Shown one piece after another: positions 1-13,807 of a DNA stretch of 64,000 nucleotides. Position numbers and translations under genes: made by a program. The notes beneath the pieces were generated by a model. The model saw only the letters and a list, made by a program, of their open reading frames with translations. It searched no databases and had not been told where the DNA came from. Origin of the DNA: Octopus vulgaris (Eukaryota); assembly GCA_951406725.2 (NCBI GenBank), contig OX597830.1, positions 72,230,001 to 72,294,000 on the forward strand, read 5' to 3'. How positions within the stretch are numbered: the stretch's first letter is position 1; every line of letters starts with the position of its first letter.

Positions 1-94
1 GTGTATGAAACTGTCATATGTGTATGCTTCTAAACAGTTGTCGTCGCCCAGATTCACTGAAAATGCATTAATCCGGCACTGAAATAAAATGGAC

Positions 95-183
95 TTACAC
101 AAGTTGCTGCGTTATTGAACTAACCCCAAAACCACGTGATTGATAAGCGAGCCTCTTAACCACACAGCTATGTCTGCGCCTAT
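95..183 (-). mobile_element. Degenerate 5' head of SINE family A (tRNA-derived)
   Basis: Reverse complement TAGGCGCAGACATAGCTGTGTGGTTAAG...GGTTAGTTC resembles the heads of the full copies at 12366 and 15649. Confidence 0.6.
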
Positions 184-668
184 AATGGACAGGAAAAAAC
201 AACATCAAAAAAACAACAAATAAGTTCCTGAAAACTAGTAGCGATTTCACTTTCCACAAAGGACGATAGAAAGTCGAAGAAAATTCGATTAGACGTGTTC
301 AGTTGACGCTGCTATTCGCAGTCTTTACACACACACGTACATAACAGGGCCACGTAAAATAGCACTACTGAAACACACATTCACTAACACATACGTTCGC
401 AAACACACAATTGCGTATGATCCATGCAAATACGTATGCGTTTGTGTTTGTGTGAGTTTGTGCGTATGTGTGTTTTCCAAAGATAGTCTAGACCGTGTAA
501 ATTCGATCGATTAAGTTGGGCCGTAACTGAATGGGCATAAGATTTGTTAAACTGATCACTATAATTTAAATTTACAGTTATTGAACAAGCTGTGATGCAA
601 AGGGAATTGCGACAATTCAGTCACGAACTGTAATTTCGTTATCAAAAATAGAAATAGAATTTATATGC

Positions 669-713
<45 letters not shown>

Positions 714-1109
714 CGTCCTAGTCAAAGTTAAACTCTATAGGTCTTTTGTCTCTCCCTCTCTGTTTCTCTCGTAAGTGCTACGATGTGAAATAATGATTCG
801 GTGTGAGTTTACATAGTTTGCTGTCCTTTATACAGATTTGTAGAAAGTGCAATAGAGTAGTATGGACAGAAAATATTTGTATGTAGGTTGCCGACTGGCA
901 GAAATATATTGTGAGCCGATTTTGCGGGGTTTGCTGTCGGTATTCTTTTGTATTGTATATGGTTCAGTCGTGCGTGAAGGAAACTCTCTCAACAGATGTA
1001 TTAAAATTCAAGTGATTTTACTTCTGGTGACCGAGTATTTGTGCATAGTAAGTTGGATTTGCATTTTAAGATTCACAAAAGAATGTTTGTAGATGAAATT
1101 TTTCCTTGC

Positions 1110-1700
1110 TCAGCACTTGTCAGATGTTGCCCAGCACCTGACAGTACATGTTCATCCGGAACACTTTACAGAAGGTGATATAGTTTTGCTTCGAAAAAAA
1201 ATACTTACAGCCATGCCGTTTAGGTCTCTCATGCTTTGCGTGAAGATATCGAAGAGCTGTCAGCCTTTAAAGTCCAAGCTGTTGCACTATCTAGTCCCTT
1301 ATTCAATTAGCAATACCGGGACTTTTGGTACCATGCAGTAGTGCCCCGTCCTGCGTTTTGTCTAAGCGACAACGACAAAGTTTGGAACAAGTTTCTCTAA
1401 GAGTTTCCAGATGAATATTATTGTATATCTTTTCCGCCTTCACTCCAGAGAGTAGAGATTTAACTCTTTTAGTCTCTCCCAATAACTGACATGTCACATT
1501 GTACGATATTCTTTGTATAGCTTCGCTGGATCGCTTCGAGTACCGTCGTTAACTTGACACTGTTTGGTGACCAAAGTTGGGAGCAGTAAGTAATCCGGAC
1601 GGCTGAGAACAAAGATCCTCTAGAGGACAATCATGGTTTCCTTTCCTCTTGTTTTAAAAGTTCGAAGGATCCACGCGGCCAGACGTTTGAGCCCTCTATT
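1110..1700 (-). mobile_element. Decayed CR1/L2-group LINE, RT C-terminal region
   Basis: Manual minus-strand translation gives RLAAWILRTFKTRGKETMIVL*RIFVLSRPDY...SYWERLKELNLYSLE*RRKRYTIIFIWKLLEKLVPN...SVPDEH, typical of CR1-group ORF2 ends; stops and frameshifts present. Confidence 0.75.
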
Positions 1701-1757
1701 TTTTTTTTTAAGCGAACATACCGGCCGCCTCGGACATTCGGCGAAGAGTAGCCTAAG

Positions 1758-1908
1758 ACTTCTTTTAGTTTCCGTCTACCAAATCCAGTCAGAGGGATGT
1801 GGTCTGCCCGAGTCTAGATTAGTAGGCACCTGCCAAGATGTCTCACAGTGGGACTGGACCGGGAACTGTGTTTGCGAAGCAAGCTTCTTACCCAAAACCT
1901 ACGTCTAT
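1758..1908 (-). mobile_element. Degenerate SINE A 5' part
   Basis: TTTCCGTCTACCAAATCC and CAGTGGGACTG...AAGCAAGCTTCTTACC match family A in reverse. Confidence 0.6.
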
Positions 1909-2232
1909 ATATATATATATATATATATCCATTAAGGCATACTAATTTTCCTATAGAAAATATAATGCTTTGGATATTATATATCACCCACGCAAGCAAG
2001 TTTTTCAAAGATTCAAATAATTCCCTCTCCTCCTCCTCTCTCCCTCTTTGTCTCTTTCTCCCTGCTTTCTCTTCTTTCTCTCTCTCTCTGCGACTTCCAG
2101 AACTTTTGTGTTCATGGACACACACACACACACACACGCACACACTCACACATATATATTTATATTTATCAACTACCTACATATGTATATATATGAGTGC
2201 GTGTGTACGCGTATATATTTAGGTATGTATGA

Positions 2233-2293
<61 letters not shown>

Positions 2294-2373
2294 TATATAT
2301 ATATACATATGTCTTTATGTTTATACATATATGTAAAAATACATAGACATGCATATATATATATGTATGTATA

Positions 2374-2405
<32 letters not shown>

Positions 2406-2840
2406 ACATACACACACACGCACAGACACACGCACACACGTATGCACGCCACCACAACCCACACACACGCACACACGTATTTTTATATAATTTCATTGTT
2501 AAATAACCATTTTTTTCCTGGTTGACGGTTTTTCATATAGTATTAGCAGACAGAGGAACAAACTACATTAAGATATAAAATATACTGAACAGTTCATTAT
2601 ATTAGAAAAACATTTATATTCTGACATGAATAAACTTTAATAATAACATTTTATAACATTTCTTAATCTTTTATGTTCCGCCATCTTTTTCGCTGAATGG
2701 TATTTGTTCACTTAAAAACGAAGAGGCTATTGAAATGTGTTCGATTATGTTCTTCCACGCAAACATACAATCATACAAACACAATCAGACAAATACATAT
2801 GAGTTCATATATATTTGTGCCTCTCTATATGTATATACAA

Positions 2841-3224
2841 GGAGGCGCAATGGCTCAGTGGTTAGGGCAGCGGACTCGCGGTCATAGGATCGCGGTTTCG
2901 ATTCCCAGACCGGGCGTTGTGAGTGTTTATTGAGCGAAAACACCTAAAGCTCCACGAGGCTCCGGCAGGGGGTTGGTGGCGATCCCTGCTGTACTCTTTC
3001 ACCACAACTTTCTCTCACTCTTACTTCCTGTTTCTGTTGTACCTGTATTTCAAGGGGACGGCCTTGTCACTCTCTGTGTCACGCTGAATATCCCCGATAA
3101 CTACGTTAAGGGTACACGTGTCTGTGGAGTGCTCAGCCACTTACACATTAATTTCACGAGCAGGCTGTTCCGTTGATTCGGATCAACCGGAACCCTCGTC
3201 GTCGTAACCGACGGAGTGCTTCCA
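2841..3224 (+). mobile_element. SINE family B, full length, tRNA-derived head
   Basis: A box TGGCTCAGTGG and B box GTTTCGATTCC; near-identical copies at 22478 and 59325; flanking direct repeat ATGTATATACA (2829-2839 / 3226-3236). Confidence 0.9.
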
Positions 3225-3707
3225 CATGTATATACAGATATGGTTATGCATACGTACACACGTGCGCATGGATTTGCGTCTGTTTGTGTGTATAGATTTA
3301 TCAATAGGGGAAAGCAGACGATATATCGGTTAGAGTGTACTTATACGAGGAACTCTTGCTGAGCTTCACGTTACCGATAATCCAAACGATGGTGGCAATG
3401 TATGCAAACATTTTCAAACGCATAGCGATATAAGTTCTCTAAACAAGCTGGCATATATATATATATATATGGCAAATGAAATAGAGATAAGAATGTGCAT
3501 TGTCCGTTTAATTGGAACATTTCTATAAGTGACTGAAGATTGCTCGACATTTTAAAACTGATGTAATACAGTGTTTAATAAAATGAAGTAGCATGAAACA
3601 ATTGTACCACCATATCTCGGATATATTTGTTGCTTATTTTGATTATAACCACCCATTGATTTATAAGGATAATACCTAGTGCCTCTGACTTAAGTACCAT
3701 ATTCATC

Positions 3708-3710
<3 letters not shown>

Positions 3711-3801
<91 letters not shown>

Positions 3802-3842
3802 TATATAGATAGATAGATAGATAGATAGACAGATAGATAGAC

Positions 3843-3890
<48 letters not shown>
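3711..3890. repeat. Compound microsatellite (TA)n-(GA)n-(GATA)n
   Basis: Directly visible. Confidence 0.95.
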
Positions 3891-3891
<1 letters not shown>

Positions 3892-4961
3892 TGTTTCTTT
3901 ATTAGCCACACAGGGCTGCACACAGATAGAACAAATTACAAGGTAGAGCTTTTCTTTTGAAGGTTTAAAAAAAAAAAAAAAAAAAAAGGAAGGGGGAGTT
4001 TCGATCAAAAGGGATCGTAAAAGGAGAGAAAGAGGACAAAAAAAGGGGGGTTAAAAAAAAGGGGGAGAGGAAAAAAAAAATTGATCAATAGGGATCGTTA
4101 TCACAGAAATGTCAATATGAAGTGTAAAGAGGAGGACAGGTGAGGCTTACCCGTGGAAGGAAAAGACCACGGTAACCTCGGTCAATGGAGTCACATGTTA
4201 TATTTCTTTTTTTTTTTTTTGCAAATAAGCAACTCTCTGTTTTCAATTTCTGGGTTCATAGGATCATGCTCAAGGTGGCTTCGTCATTCATACGTGCCAT
4301 TCTTGCTACATTCACCCATCTTTTTTTAAAACATTCGCTAGACAAAACTTGCCTCTCTACTCTCACTTTCCTTTTCAAGTGGTACTTGAAGAAGTTGATG
4401 AGAGATTGACCAGAGAGGAAAGTGTTTGTCTCCAATCCTTTCAGACGCGTCCACCAGATACATTCTTTCGCCATAGCCACAAGGATGATGAAAATAGCTC
4501 TTCCTTCCCGTTTGAAGGAGGAGGCGTGACAATATTAACGATAGACTCAGCTGATAAACCGACTCGTCCCACACGTGACAGCAGTTGTTCGAGACAAGCC
4601 CACAGGTCGGAAATTGTTGGACACTGCACGAGTGCGTGCAGAACGGTTTCGTCGCTCTGACCGCATCTCGGGCAGGTCAGCCCCGTGTTTCTCGAGCCGT
4701 GTCTGTAGAGCTTATCCCGAACGGGTAGCGCTTCTCGGTAGCACTGCCAGGCCAGGGATCTCTGGAAGTTGTCCATGGGCCCTGGCCCGAAAGTCGTCCT
4801 GAACAGGCGGGTCAGGTACTCCTCGTCGACGTCCAGGTTCGCCCCGAGCTCGTCGTCGTACCTCCCCTCCACTAAACCCCTATAGAATGCTTTGGTTGTG
4901 TTGAAGTCACTCAAGGTCGACCCAGGACGGCAGAGTTGCTTGAGAGCAACGCGACACTCGC
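3891..4961 (-). mobile_element. 5'-truncated Tx1/L1-clade LINE: ORF2 C-terminus (zf-RVT-like) plus 3' UTR
   Basis: AWQCYREALPVRDKLYRHG...CPRCGQSDETVLHALVQCPTISDLW...AKECIWWTR; one frameshift near 4510; stop at 4256; ends AATAAAGAAAC; (GATA)n on both sides. Confidence 0.85.
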
Positions 4962-4962
4962 G

Positions 4963-5009
<47 letters not shown>

Positions 5010-5010
5010 C

Positions 5011-5289
5011 AAGTTTCTTTATTGGCCACACAGGGCTGCACACAGATGGGACAAGTTACAAGGTAGAGCTTTTCTTTTGGGAGATGAAAAAAACAAAAAA
5101 AAAAGAAACAAAAAATAGGTGGCGTAGGTTTTCGATCAAAAGGGATCGTAAAAGGGAAAAAAAGAACAAAAAAATAGAAGAAAAGGAAAAGGAACAAAAG
5201 AAAAGAGAAATGAAAAAAAAGAAGAAAAAAGGGGAAAAAAAGGGGAAGAGGAAAAAAAAAGACGATCAATAGGGATCGTGTATCACAGT

Positions 5290-5290
<1 letters not shown>
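5011..5290 (-). mobile_element. Second, shorter copy (3' UTR only) of the same Tx1-like LINE
   Basis: GTTTCTTTATTGGCCACACAGGGCTGCACACAGAT...GATCAAAAGGGATCGTAAAAGG...GATCAATAGGGATCGT matches 3891-4110; again flanked by (GATA)n. Confidence 0.85.
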
Positions 5291-5373
<83 letters not shown>

Positions 5374-6125
5374 TATGTGTATATGACGATTGTATCAGTG
5401 CGACCTCACTCTTCCCCGAACATCTAGACTCCTTCCTCTCTTTTGTCAAATCTTTCCTTCCTACCTAATCCTAAGCAGAATTTTGGTCACTATTTCCAGC
5501 AGGTCGTGTATCCCCCTAGTAGATGATTTCTCTCTCGCTTGATGTCATTGGATCTTGTTTATTGTAAGGACACAAATGAATCAAATAAAATAGACTGTAA
5601 AATATGTCCGTATCTATATCTCTTTTGTGTTTATATCTCTCTGATTGTGTGCATGCTGTGTATGTATGTATGTATGTATGTATGTATGTATGTATGTATG
5701 TATGTATGTATGTATGTATGTATGTATGTGTGTATGTATGTATGTATGTATGTATGAGTATGTTGAAGCTATATGTGTGTGCGTGAGGAGGCTATGCATG
5801 TGTCTAACTGTATGATTGTACATATAGGAAGGGTTACGCTTATCAGTATATGCGTGTGTGCGTGTGAGTGGGTGCTTGCGTATGTTAATGTTAATGCATT
5901 TGTGTACTACGGATAATTACTTTTATTCATCCCAAAGTAAAGATGTGCACATTATGTGGATCCACCACTTGACTTTAGTGTTCATCAGCTTATCTCACAA
6001 TCAGCCTGAACGGAATTCAGCAAGGTTTCAATTACCGAAAGATGTTTTATATACATGCATGGCTATACATGAATACATACCTATATGCAGACGTTACACA
6101 CACACACACATATATATATATATAA

Positions 6126-6245
<120 letters not shown>

Positions 6246-7514
6246 GATATTCGTATCAATTATTAGTGTAGATATATATATGTATGCATATATATATGCA
6301 TACAGGTAAGTATATATATACATACATATAATTATGTGTGTGTGTGCCTTTGTGTCTGTGTGTGGACATACATACATACATACATACTTAAATAGAAGCA
6401 TTTCATGGGTTGCATTCGAAAAATTCACCTGAGAGCTGTAAATGCCAGCTGACAATATGACGGATCGGATTTCGAATAGCTGTGGCACTGTTGATTAAGG
6501 CTAGTTTCCTGAACTGACACTCTGATAGATGTCTCTACTCGCCATTGAGTCACATGGGTCTTATAAAACAGAAGATGAACCTTCAATTTCCAAGCAGAGA
6601 AAGCACTACGAGACAGGCTGAAATAGTCCCCCTCTGACCAGGTCTATAACCAAAAGGAAAGAATGTTTCAGGTGTATTTGTTATATACACTTGTTTTGAT
6701 ATGTCATTAGGTTGTTTGTTTTGGCTGGTGCCTTTCTTCAATTTCAAGTCAGCCCATTGAGGGCCGCCGCTATCATCAAGACATTCCTAACTTGACTATA
6801 CTATCTTTTGATTGGTATCTTAGACTTCATTATACAACCAATCTATTTCTTTCTAGACTGTATATATATATAGATAGATATACATACATGTACATACATA
6901 TCTATTTCCAGGGGTCCATAAAGATTCAAGGCCTAAGAAGCCCACTACAGATTGACTAGACACAAAGATGAAAAAGTAACAAATGACTTATCCAGCCTTA
7001 GCACGGAGAGTAGTGATGAAGGGGGTTCACATATGTCAGGTAATTCTAATGGTTTGACTTATTCTTCTTGGTGGAATTATTTCTGGAAGATTTTGACTAT
7101 AACGCCTCTTTTATTTGTTTGATTTCATTCGAAATGATGTTGAAGAAGCCATGGCAACTAGGATGAAAATAAATAAATAAATAAATAAATAAATAAAGAT
7201 TGAGACAATTTTGTCATGTGAGATAGTGTTTTGTGGGGAACATATGATTCTGGGATCAAGCCTTGTAGGATGTATAAACTTGAAACTAACATCGTTTCCA
7301 GTGTTTTATTATGTTATATGGATAACGCTTCGAGAAAAATGTTGAGTTGAAAACTCACCAAACTTTACCTGCCATCTTTTCAGAGTTGATAAAATAATGT
7401 AACAAGCAGTCCAACACGGAGATGGTGGTAACCGACAAGCCCAGCCTCTCAAATTTGCTGAACTGGTTCCAAAATCACATACAATTATATTCTCAGATAC
7501 AAGAGTATATACGC

Positions 7515-7582
<68 letters not shown>

Positions 7583-7617
7583 AGAGTTCAGCAAAAAAAT
7601 ATATATGTATATATATA

Positions 7618-7820
7618 TAGGGAGAGTTTACGAAGAAAACAAAAGACGAAGACAGGTGGTGTACAAAACAAACAGATGTATTAGTATAACGCTCAGGAAT
7701 AGAAAAAGTGTTTTACGTTTCGAGCCTACGCTCTTCTACAGAAAGGGACAAAGAAAAAATAAGGAGAGAAACAAGGAGAGAAAAAATGTGTTTTATGGCT
7801 AACGATCTATCATGGCGATA
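7618..7820 (-). mobile_element. Short repeat, probably a Penelope-like terminal repeat remnant
   Basis: Related copies at 17125-17215 and 27815-27975, all embedded in (TA)n; carries the hammerhead-like CTGTAGAAGAGCGTAGGCTCGAAACGTA on the minus strand. Confidence 0.55.
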
Positions 7821-7855
7821 TATACATGTGTGTATGCATATATATATATATGCAT

Positions 7856-7974
<119 letters not shown>

Positions 7975-8613
7975 TAATTCTATAACGGATAACTTCGCCT
8001 TCTCGTATAATTTATAACATTTATATCATATAGTAGTTTGTATGATTTCATTATCATCTAACCTGGGTATATGAATGGTTGAATGTCAAGCGCCATACAA
8101 GCATTCAGGATTCAATAGGAACGTGCTTATTTAGAAAAAGACGCACGGAACAGTATAATGGCTGCCACTGGGGGTCTTACTTTGTACTTGCGTTAAAAGG
8201 AAGAACTGAACGAAGGAGACTTGAAGAGACGTGGAGAGAAAGAAATGAGGTTATTTACGCTTGGCATATAATAGTTAAACGCGTGATTTACAGTTGTATT
8301 TCCCCAATACCAATATATGTCCTACTCTAACAACGTAAATACATCATATATATACAAATTATATATGTACATGTGTGTGTGTGCGTCATTGTATGTGTGT
8401 CTACGCGTGTACGTGCTTGTATATACACACACACACACACATATATATAGGTAGATATGTATATATGTACATATATATATATATAAATGCATGTACATAT
8501 AAATACATGCGCACACATACATGCATAAATTTATCTATCAGTCTATCTTTCCATGTTACTCGCCCCCTCTTTCTCTCTCTCTCTCTCTCTAAAGAAAATA
8601 TCAATACATACAT

Positions 8614-8667
<54 letters not shown>

Positions 8668-8712
8668 ATGCATGTATTGATATTTTCTTATATACGTTTA
8701 TATATATATACG

Positions 8713-8750
<38 letters not shown>

Positions 8751-8755
<5 letters not shown>

Positions 8756-8822
8756 ACGTTTATATATATATACATATATATATAAATTTATATGCATACA
8801 CTTCTATATAAATACATCAATG

Positions 8823-8858
<36 letters not shown>

Positions 8859-8921
8859 CGTTTATATATATATACATATATATATAAATTTATATGCATA
8901 CACTTCTATATAAATACATCA

Positions 8922-8935
<14 letters not shown>
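8751..8935. repeat. Local ~102-bp tandem duplication within an AT-rich simple repeat
   Basis: AAATTTATATGCATACACTTCTATATAAATACATCAATG occurs twice, about 102 bp apart. Confidence 0.8.
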
Positions 8936-8978
<43 letters not shown>

Positions 8979-9363
8979 GTGTGTATGTATGCATACACAC
9001 GCACTCACACACACCTGCATATATATATATATATTCACACGCATACATATGAAAATGTGTCTGTGTGTCTGGTAGAATATTTTAAAAAGAGAAATGCATA
9101 TGATTTATCATTCACATATAACGCCAATACATTTGTCACGCAATTATATATGTTTTTTTCTTTTTCGTGTAAAGAATTGCTTAAATCATACATCCTATGC
9201 ATATATTATACAATCTCACAAACATATATCATGCAAAATATAATGCAAACATATTAATATAGTTTCCTCAATGATTCTTCTGTTCGTTGCATCAGTTTAG
9301 ATACAAATAAGTCGCGCAACACCGCTCTTACTATCCCTCCCTTTCTGATTATCTATCTATCTA

Positions 9364-9525
<162 letters not shown>

Positions 9526-9832
9526 AATGTATTGATGTTACGGATAAGTTTTTGAATATCGCACACTGTTAATACGTTTCACATAGAAAAAGATTATATT
9601 GGGATAAGACACTATCGCTATCATGTTGGAAGTAAATTTTAACAGTGAACCGGAATTAGTAATATATGTTTTGATCAAATTGTTTCTAATTCTTCTGAGA
9701 TATGGGCCATTATTTATTTTTTTTTATCAATTGTCCCGAATGAACGAGTGAAATGGAAAAAAACCATGTTGGTCATGCATATACATGTATAAAAACAGAG
9801 ACAGACAAACAGTTGCACGCTTATAATTATAC

Positions 9833-9833
<1 letters not shown>

Positions 9834-9929
<96 letters not shown>

Positions 9930-9943
9930 TGATGATGATGATG
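9834..9943. repeat. (TAA)n(TGA)n microsatellite
   Basis: Directly visible. Confidence 0.95.
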
Positions 9944-9990
9944 TATGTGTGTGTGTATATATATGTGTATACATACGTACATACATACAT

Positions 9991-11392
9991 ATCGAAGAAT
10001 ATTACAGCCGAAGAAAGACAATTTGGACCTTAGAACTCTCTGCATTCAATGAAACAGTCGCCTACAATGTATTTGCAGTCCCTGTACTCATAACACCATT
10101 TGGACGCTTGATGAGATCCGAGCCATTGATGTGAAAACCTGAAAAATACTAACAAACACATAATTTCCACATAAACAGTGACGTGGACCGCCTCTACATA
10201 AAACGAAAACAAGGTGGCAGAGGCTTAACATCGATCCAAAATGCCTTTGAATGTCGTATCACATCCCTTCAGCAATATCTTTTAACCACAAAGTGCCGAA
10301 GTGCATCCTTTGACCAAACATATCAGCATATCAGATGAAATGATGAGCCTATATGAGCAGAAGACTATGCATGGATATTTTAGAAGAGAGCTCCGTGATG
10401 AGAGTAACATCGATCATCAAAGCAGTTTATCATGGATGAATAGCCGGATTACTACCTTCCATATTGAAGGGTATGCATTTTCAATCCAGGAACAGGAAAT
10501 ATCAGCCAAGTACCTGATGCACAATAGGGATAGACATGCAGGAAAAGCCGTAAACTGTGACAACCGATGCAGACTTTGTGGTGTTCACAATGATATCTTC
10601 ATTGTGATCATCCACATCATAACTAGTTGTCCGAAAATGTCATCACGATATTATCTACCGATGAAACATGACGTTGTAGCTAGGACACTCTATAATGAAA
10701 TCCGTCGGAAGGATAATCCCGAGGACAAGAAATAAAAACCCATAATATGGTAGAAGCCACAACCACTCATAATATAAAGGAATAAGGGTGGAATATATTC
10801 CAGTGAAGACCTCCATAAAATGCAAGCACGAGCTGATATAATGATTTGTGATAGAGAAGAGAAACTGTGCATAGTTGTGGATGTTAGCTGCCCAGCACAC
10901 ATTAACATAAAGCTGAAGATCTGTGAAAAAGGGAACACCTATGCTAAACTATTGCGAAATCTGCGGTTACTCTATCCAGATTATTGGGGCCTTGGGATAT
11001 GTAATACACTGACTGAATACCAATCTTGAGAAATTAGGCTCCTCAAAACCAGAAAGACGAAAGCTAATTCGAAGACTACAGATCCAATCCATCACTGGAA
11101 CTGTAAAATCAGCAAAACTTTCCAGAAGCTTATCATTTAAATATATATGAGCAAGTCTAAATATACCACTATATGCATGAGAATACATAAAACATAAACA
11201 TTTGCATATACATGAATACATACATGCACACACTCATACATACATACATACATACATACATACATACATACATACATACATACATACATACCCTGCTGTT
11301 GACGTTGACATTTCAATGAAGGAACCCTGGATCCTGGTTACAAAAACGATTCTTTTTCTATTGGCAAGAAATCTGGAAATAAACTGCATAAT
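9991..11392 (+). mobile_element. Decayed R4/Dong-like LINE (3' half, with CCHC finger and restriction-like endonuclease)
   Basis: SDVDRLYIKRKQGGRGL; MHGYF; EGYAFSIQEQEI; CRLCG...HIITSC...KHDVVA; RADIMICD...VVDVSCP...EK...Y. Broken into several ORFs (9949, 10301, 10820). Confidence 0.85.
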
Positions 11393-12044
11393 GACATACA
11401 TACACGCATACATGCATAAAATATAATCGTAAACTTCGTGTACGTTATCGAAAGAATTTACGATTCTAATAGAATATAAGTTTTTTTAAAAAGCGCTATC
11501 CCTCTAGTATTCAATGAATAAGATTCTATACCCTCCAAAATAAGTAAAGCTACTTATTTATCCTGGATAAACTAAGCACATGAAACAAGATACCTTAGCA
11601 TGGCTGCAGCTCTCGACCTAAAACTAGTAAAAGAAAATAGCAGGTGACTTTAGTTATCAACTTGCAGTTGGCACTGAATATCATCGTAATTTCAATGCCT
11701 TAAACCTAAGTTTCAGCTTCGATAATGTCAGACATCAATAAAAATATCACTAAAGCTGTTTAATAATATAAAAATATAGTTTTATCAAGAATACAAATCA
11801 CAATAGTATAAATCGTAAACGTTAATATACAAGGGACCAATTTAACATAAGTAATTCCCAGAAAATAAAACATAAAGCCTATATAAATAAATAACATATA
11901 AAACATATATAAATGAATTGTATAAATGCATCATACTTTGGTTTATGTACTTGTTATTTATTATACATGTTTTATTTTCTGGTGATTACTTAATTTATAA
12001 AGATTGATTGCAAATGAAAAGTAAAAAAAAGAGATTAGAAACTG

Positions 12045-12230
12045 CAGGCGACAAGCTTGTCAAAAGAATTGACAACATGTTTAGTAGCATTCCATCCGGC
12101 TCTCCTGATTTTTGAGTTCAAAATCCTGCCGACGTCACCTTTGCGTTTCATACGTTGCGGTCGATAACTCAAGTACAATTCAAATTCTAAGATCTGTGTA
12201 TTTAATCAACTTGTCTCCTTCTCTCAAATA
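12045..12230 (+). mobile_element. Degenerate SINE C
   Basis: GAGTTCAAAATCCTGCCGACGTCACCTTTGCGTTTCAT...GGTCGATAA resembles the family C core. Confidence 0.55.
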
Positions 12231-12365
12231 TTGCTGCTCCTGCAACTTGAAAGGGTCCAGCGTCCTCTTCAGGAGGTGTGCTGTTTTCGTGGCTACTTAT
12301 ACATTGGGAGACGAAGTAAACGACTTTATGAGTTCTAGGGCTGAAAAAAAACTTATACATAAATA

Positions 12366-12821
12366 TAGGCGCAGGATTGGCTATATGGTAAGTAACTTGC
12401 TTACCAACCAACGCATAGTTCCAGGTTCAGTCCCACTGCGTGGAACCGTGGTCAATTGTCTTCTACTATAGCTTCGGGCCGACCAAAACCTTGTGAATGG
12501 ATTTGGCCGACGGAAACCGAAAGAAGCCCGTCGTATATATATGCATATATATATATATGTATGTATGTATATATGTGTGTATGTGTGTGTGTATGTATAT
12601 GTTTGTGTGTCTGTGTTTGTCCCCCAACATCTCTTGACAACCGATGCTGGTGTGTTTACGTCCCTGCAAATCAGCGCTTTGGCAAAAGAGACCGATAGAA
12701 TAAGTACTACGCTTACAAAGAATAAGTTTTGGGCTCGATTTGCTCGACTAAAAGCGTTGCTCCAGCATGGCCACAGTCAAATGACTGAAAAGAATAAAAG
12801 AGTAAAAGAATAAAAGAATAA
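12366..12821 (+). mobile_element. SINE family A, full length, with internal (TA)n(TG)n
   Basis: tRNA-like head (GGTTCAGTCCC), central block, internal microsatellite, tail CTCCAGCATGGCCACAGTCAAATGACTG plus (TAAAAGA)n. Confidence 0.9.
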
Positions 12822-13807
12822 ATGGCAATTTTTGTCTCTCGATCTGTCAGTTACCATCTTGCCTCCTACACCAGTGAACCAATCTTCACGAAACGTTGCA
12901 TATATATATATACATACATTGTCATGATTGTGTGTTTGTGTGAGAGTACATATTTCTGGACGTGTTTTCGTAGACTTATACATACATTGAAACACTTATT
13001 AGTATATGTGCGTTGCAGGATTATTATAATTTGACTATGGTAGCAATCGCTCGAATATATGATGCATTAATTTAATAAATAGTTAGGTAATTAGGCATAA
13101 ATTAGATTAACAAGAAATCTAATAGGGCGCTAAATATATCACATCATAAACTTTAGAGCTTCCCCGCTCCTCAGTTCTTCGTTATCCACAACTTTACAGT
13201 TCGGTCTGTTGATATGTATTCACAATCCTGAATTTCGATGCTACCCAATGGAAGATGGCTTTGCCTTCCACTGATTTTAAATTGATTTAATTGCGCAATA
13301 TCTCTTAAATTAAAAGACCTTACTCAATCTATAATAAATCTCTTCTTTCTCCTACGTAAATACTCCTTTGTATGTGTGTGTGTGTGTTCGTGTGTATGGG
13401 TGAGTGAGAGTGAGTGTGTGTGTGTGTAAAGTTGTGCTGGTTGTGAGTATATTTGTGATGCATGTGTGTATGCCTTTGCCTGTTGTAGTCTCTGTTTGTA
13501 TATGTTTGTGTATACAGATATTCGAGTATACACGTTCACACAACACACAGGAAGACACACACATACAAACAAACGTACGCACAAATACACGCACACACAT
13601 ACACACGCATTCTCACCACATACATACACATGTGTATGCTTATGCTTATGCGTAGTGATTACGAGAGGATGTGTATTAATATATATTAGTAAATGTAAGT
13701 AAATATATCATATGCTTGGCAATATATATATGCGTATGTGTGTACGTGTGCGTGTACGCGAATATACGCATACATACATCTATAATCATATTTTATATTC
13801 ATATATA

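Noticed and set aside
2841-2915. tRNA gene (also 22478, 55590-55664, 59610-59685)
   Set aside because: tRNA-like heads continue into a shared body and tail, most with TSDs, and lack a clean acceptor stem; these are SINE heads.
6429-6560. Possible minus-strand exon with AG/GT boundaries
   Set aside because: The translation (THVTQWRVETS...) is unrecognisable and the donor is weak; unsupported without RNA data.
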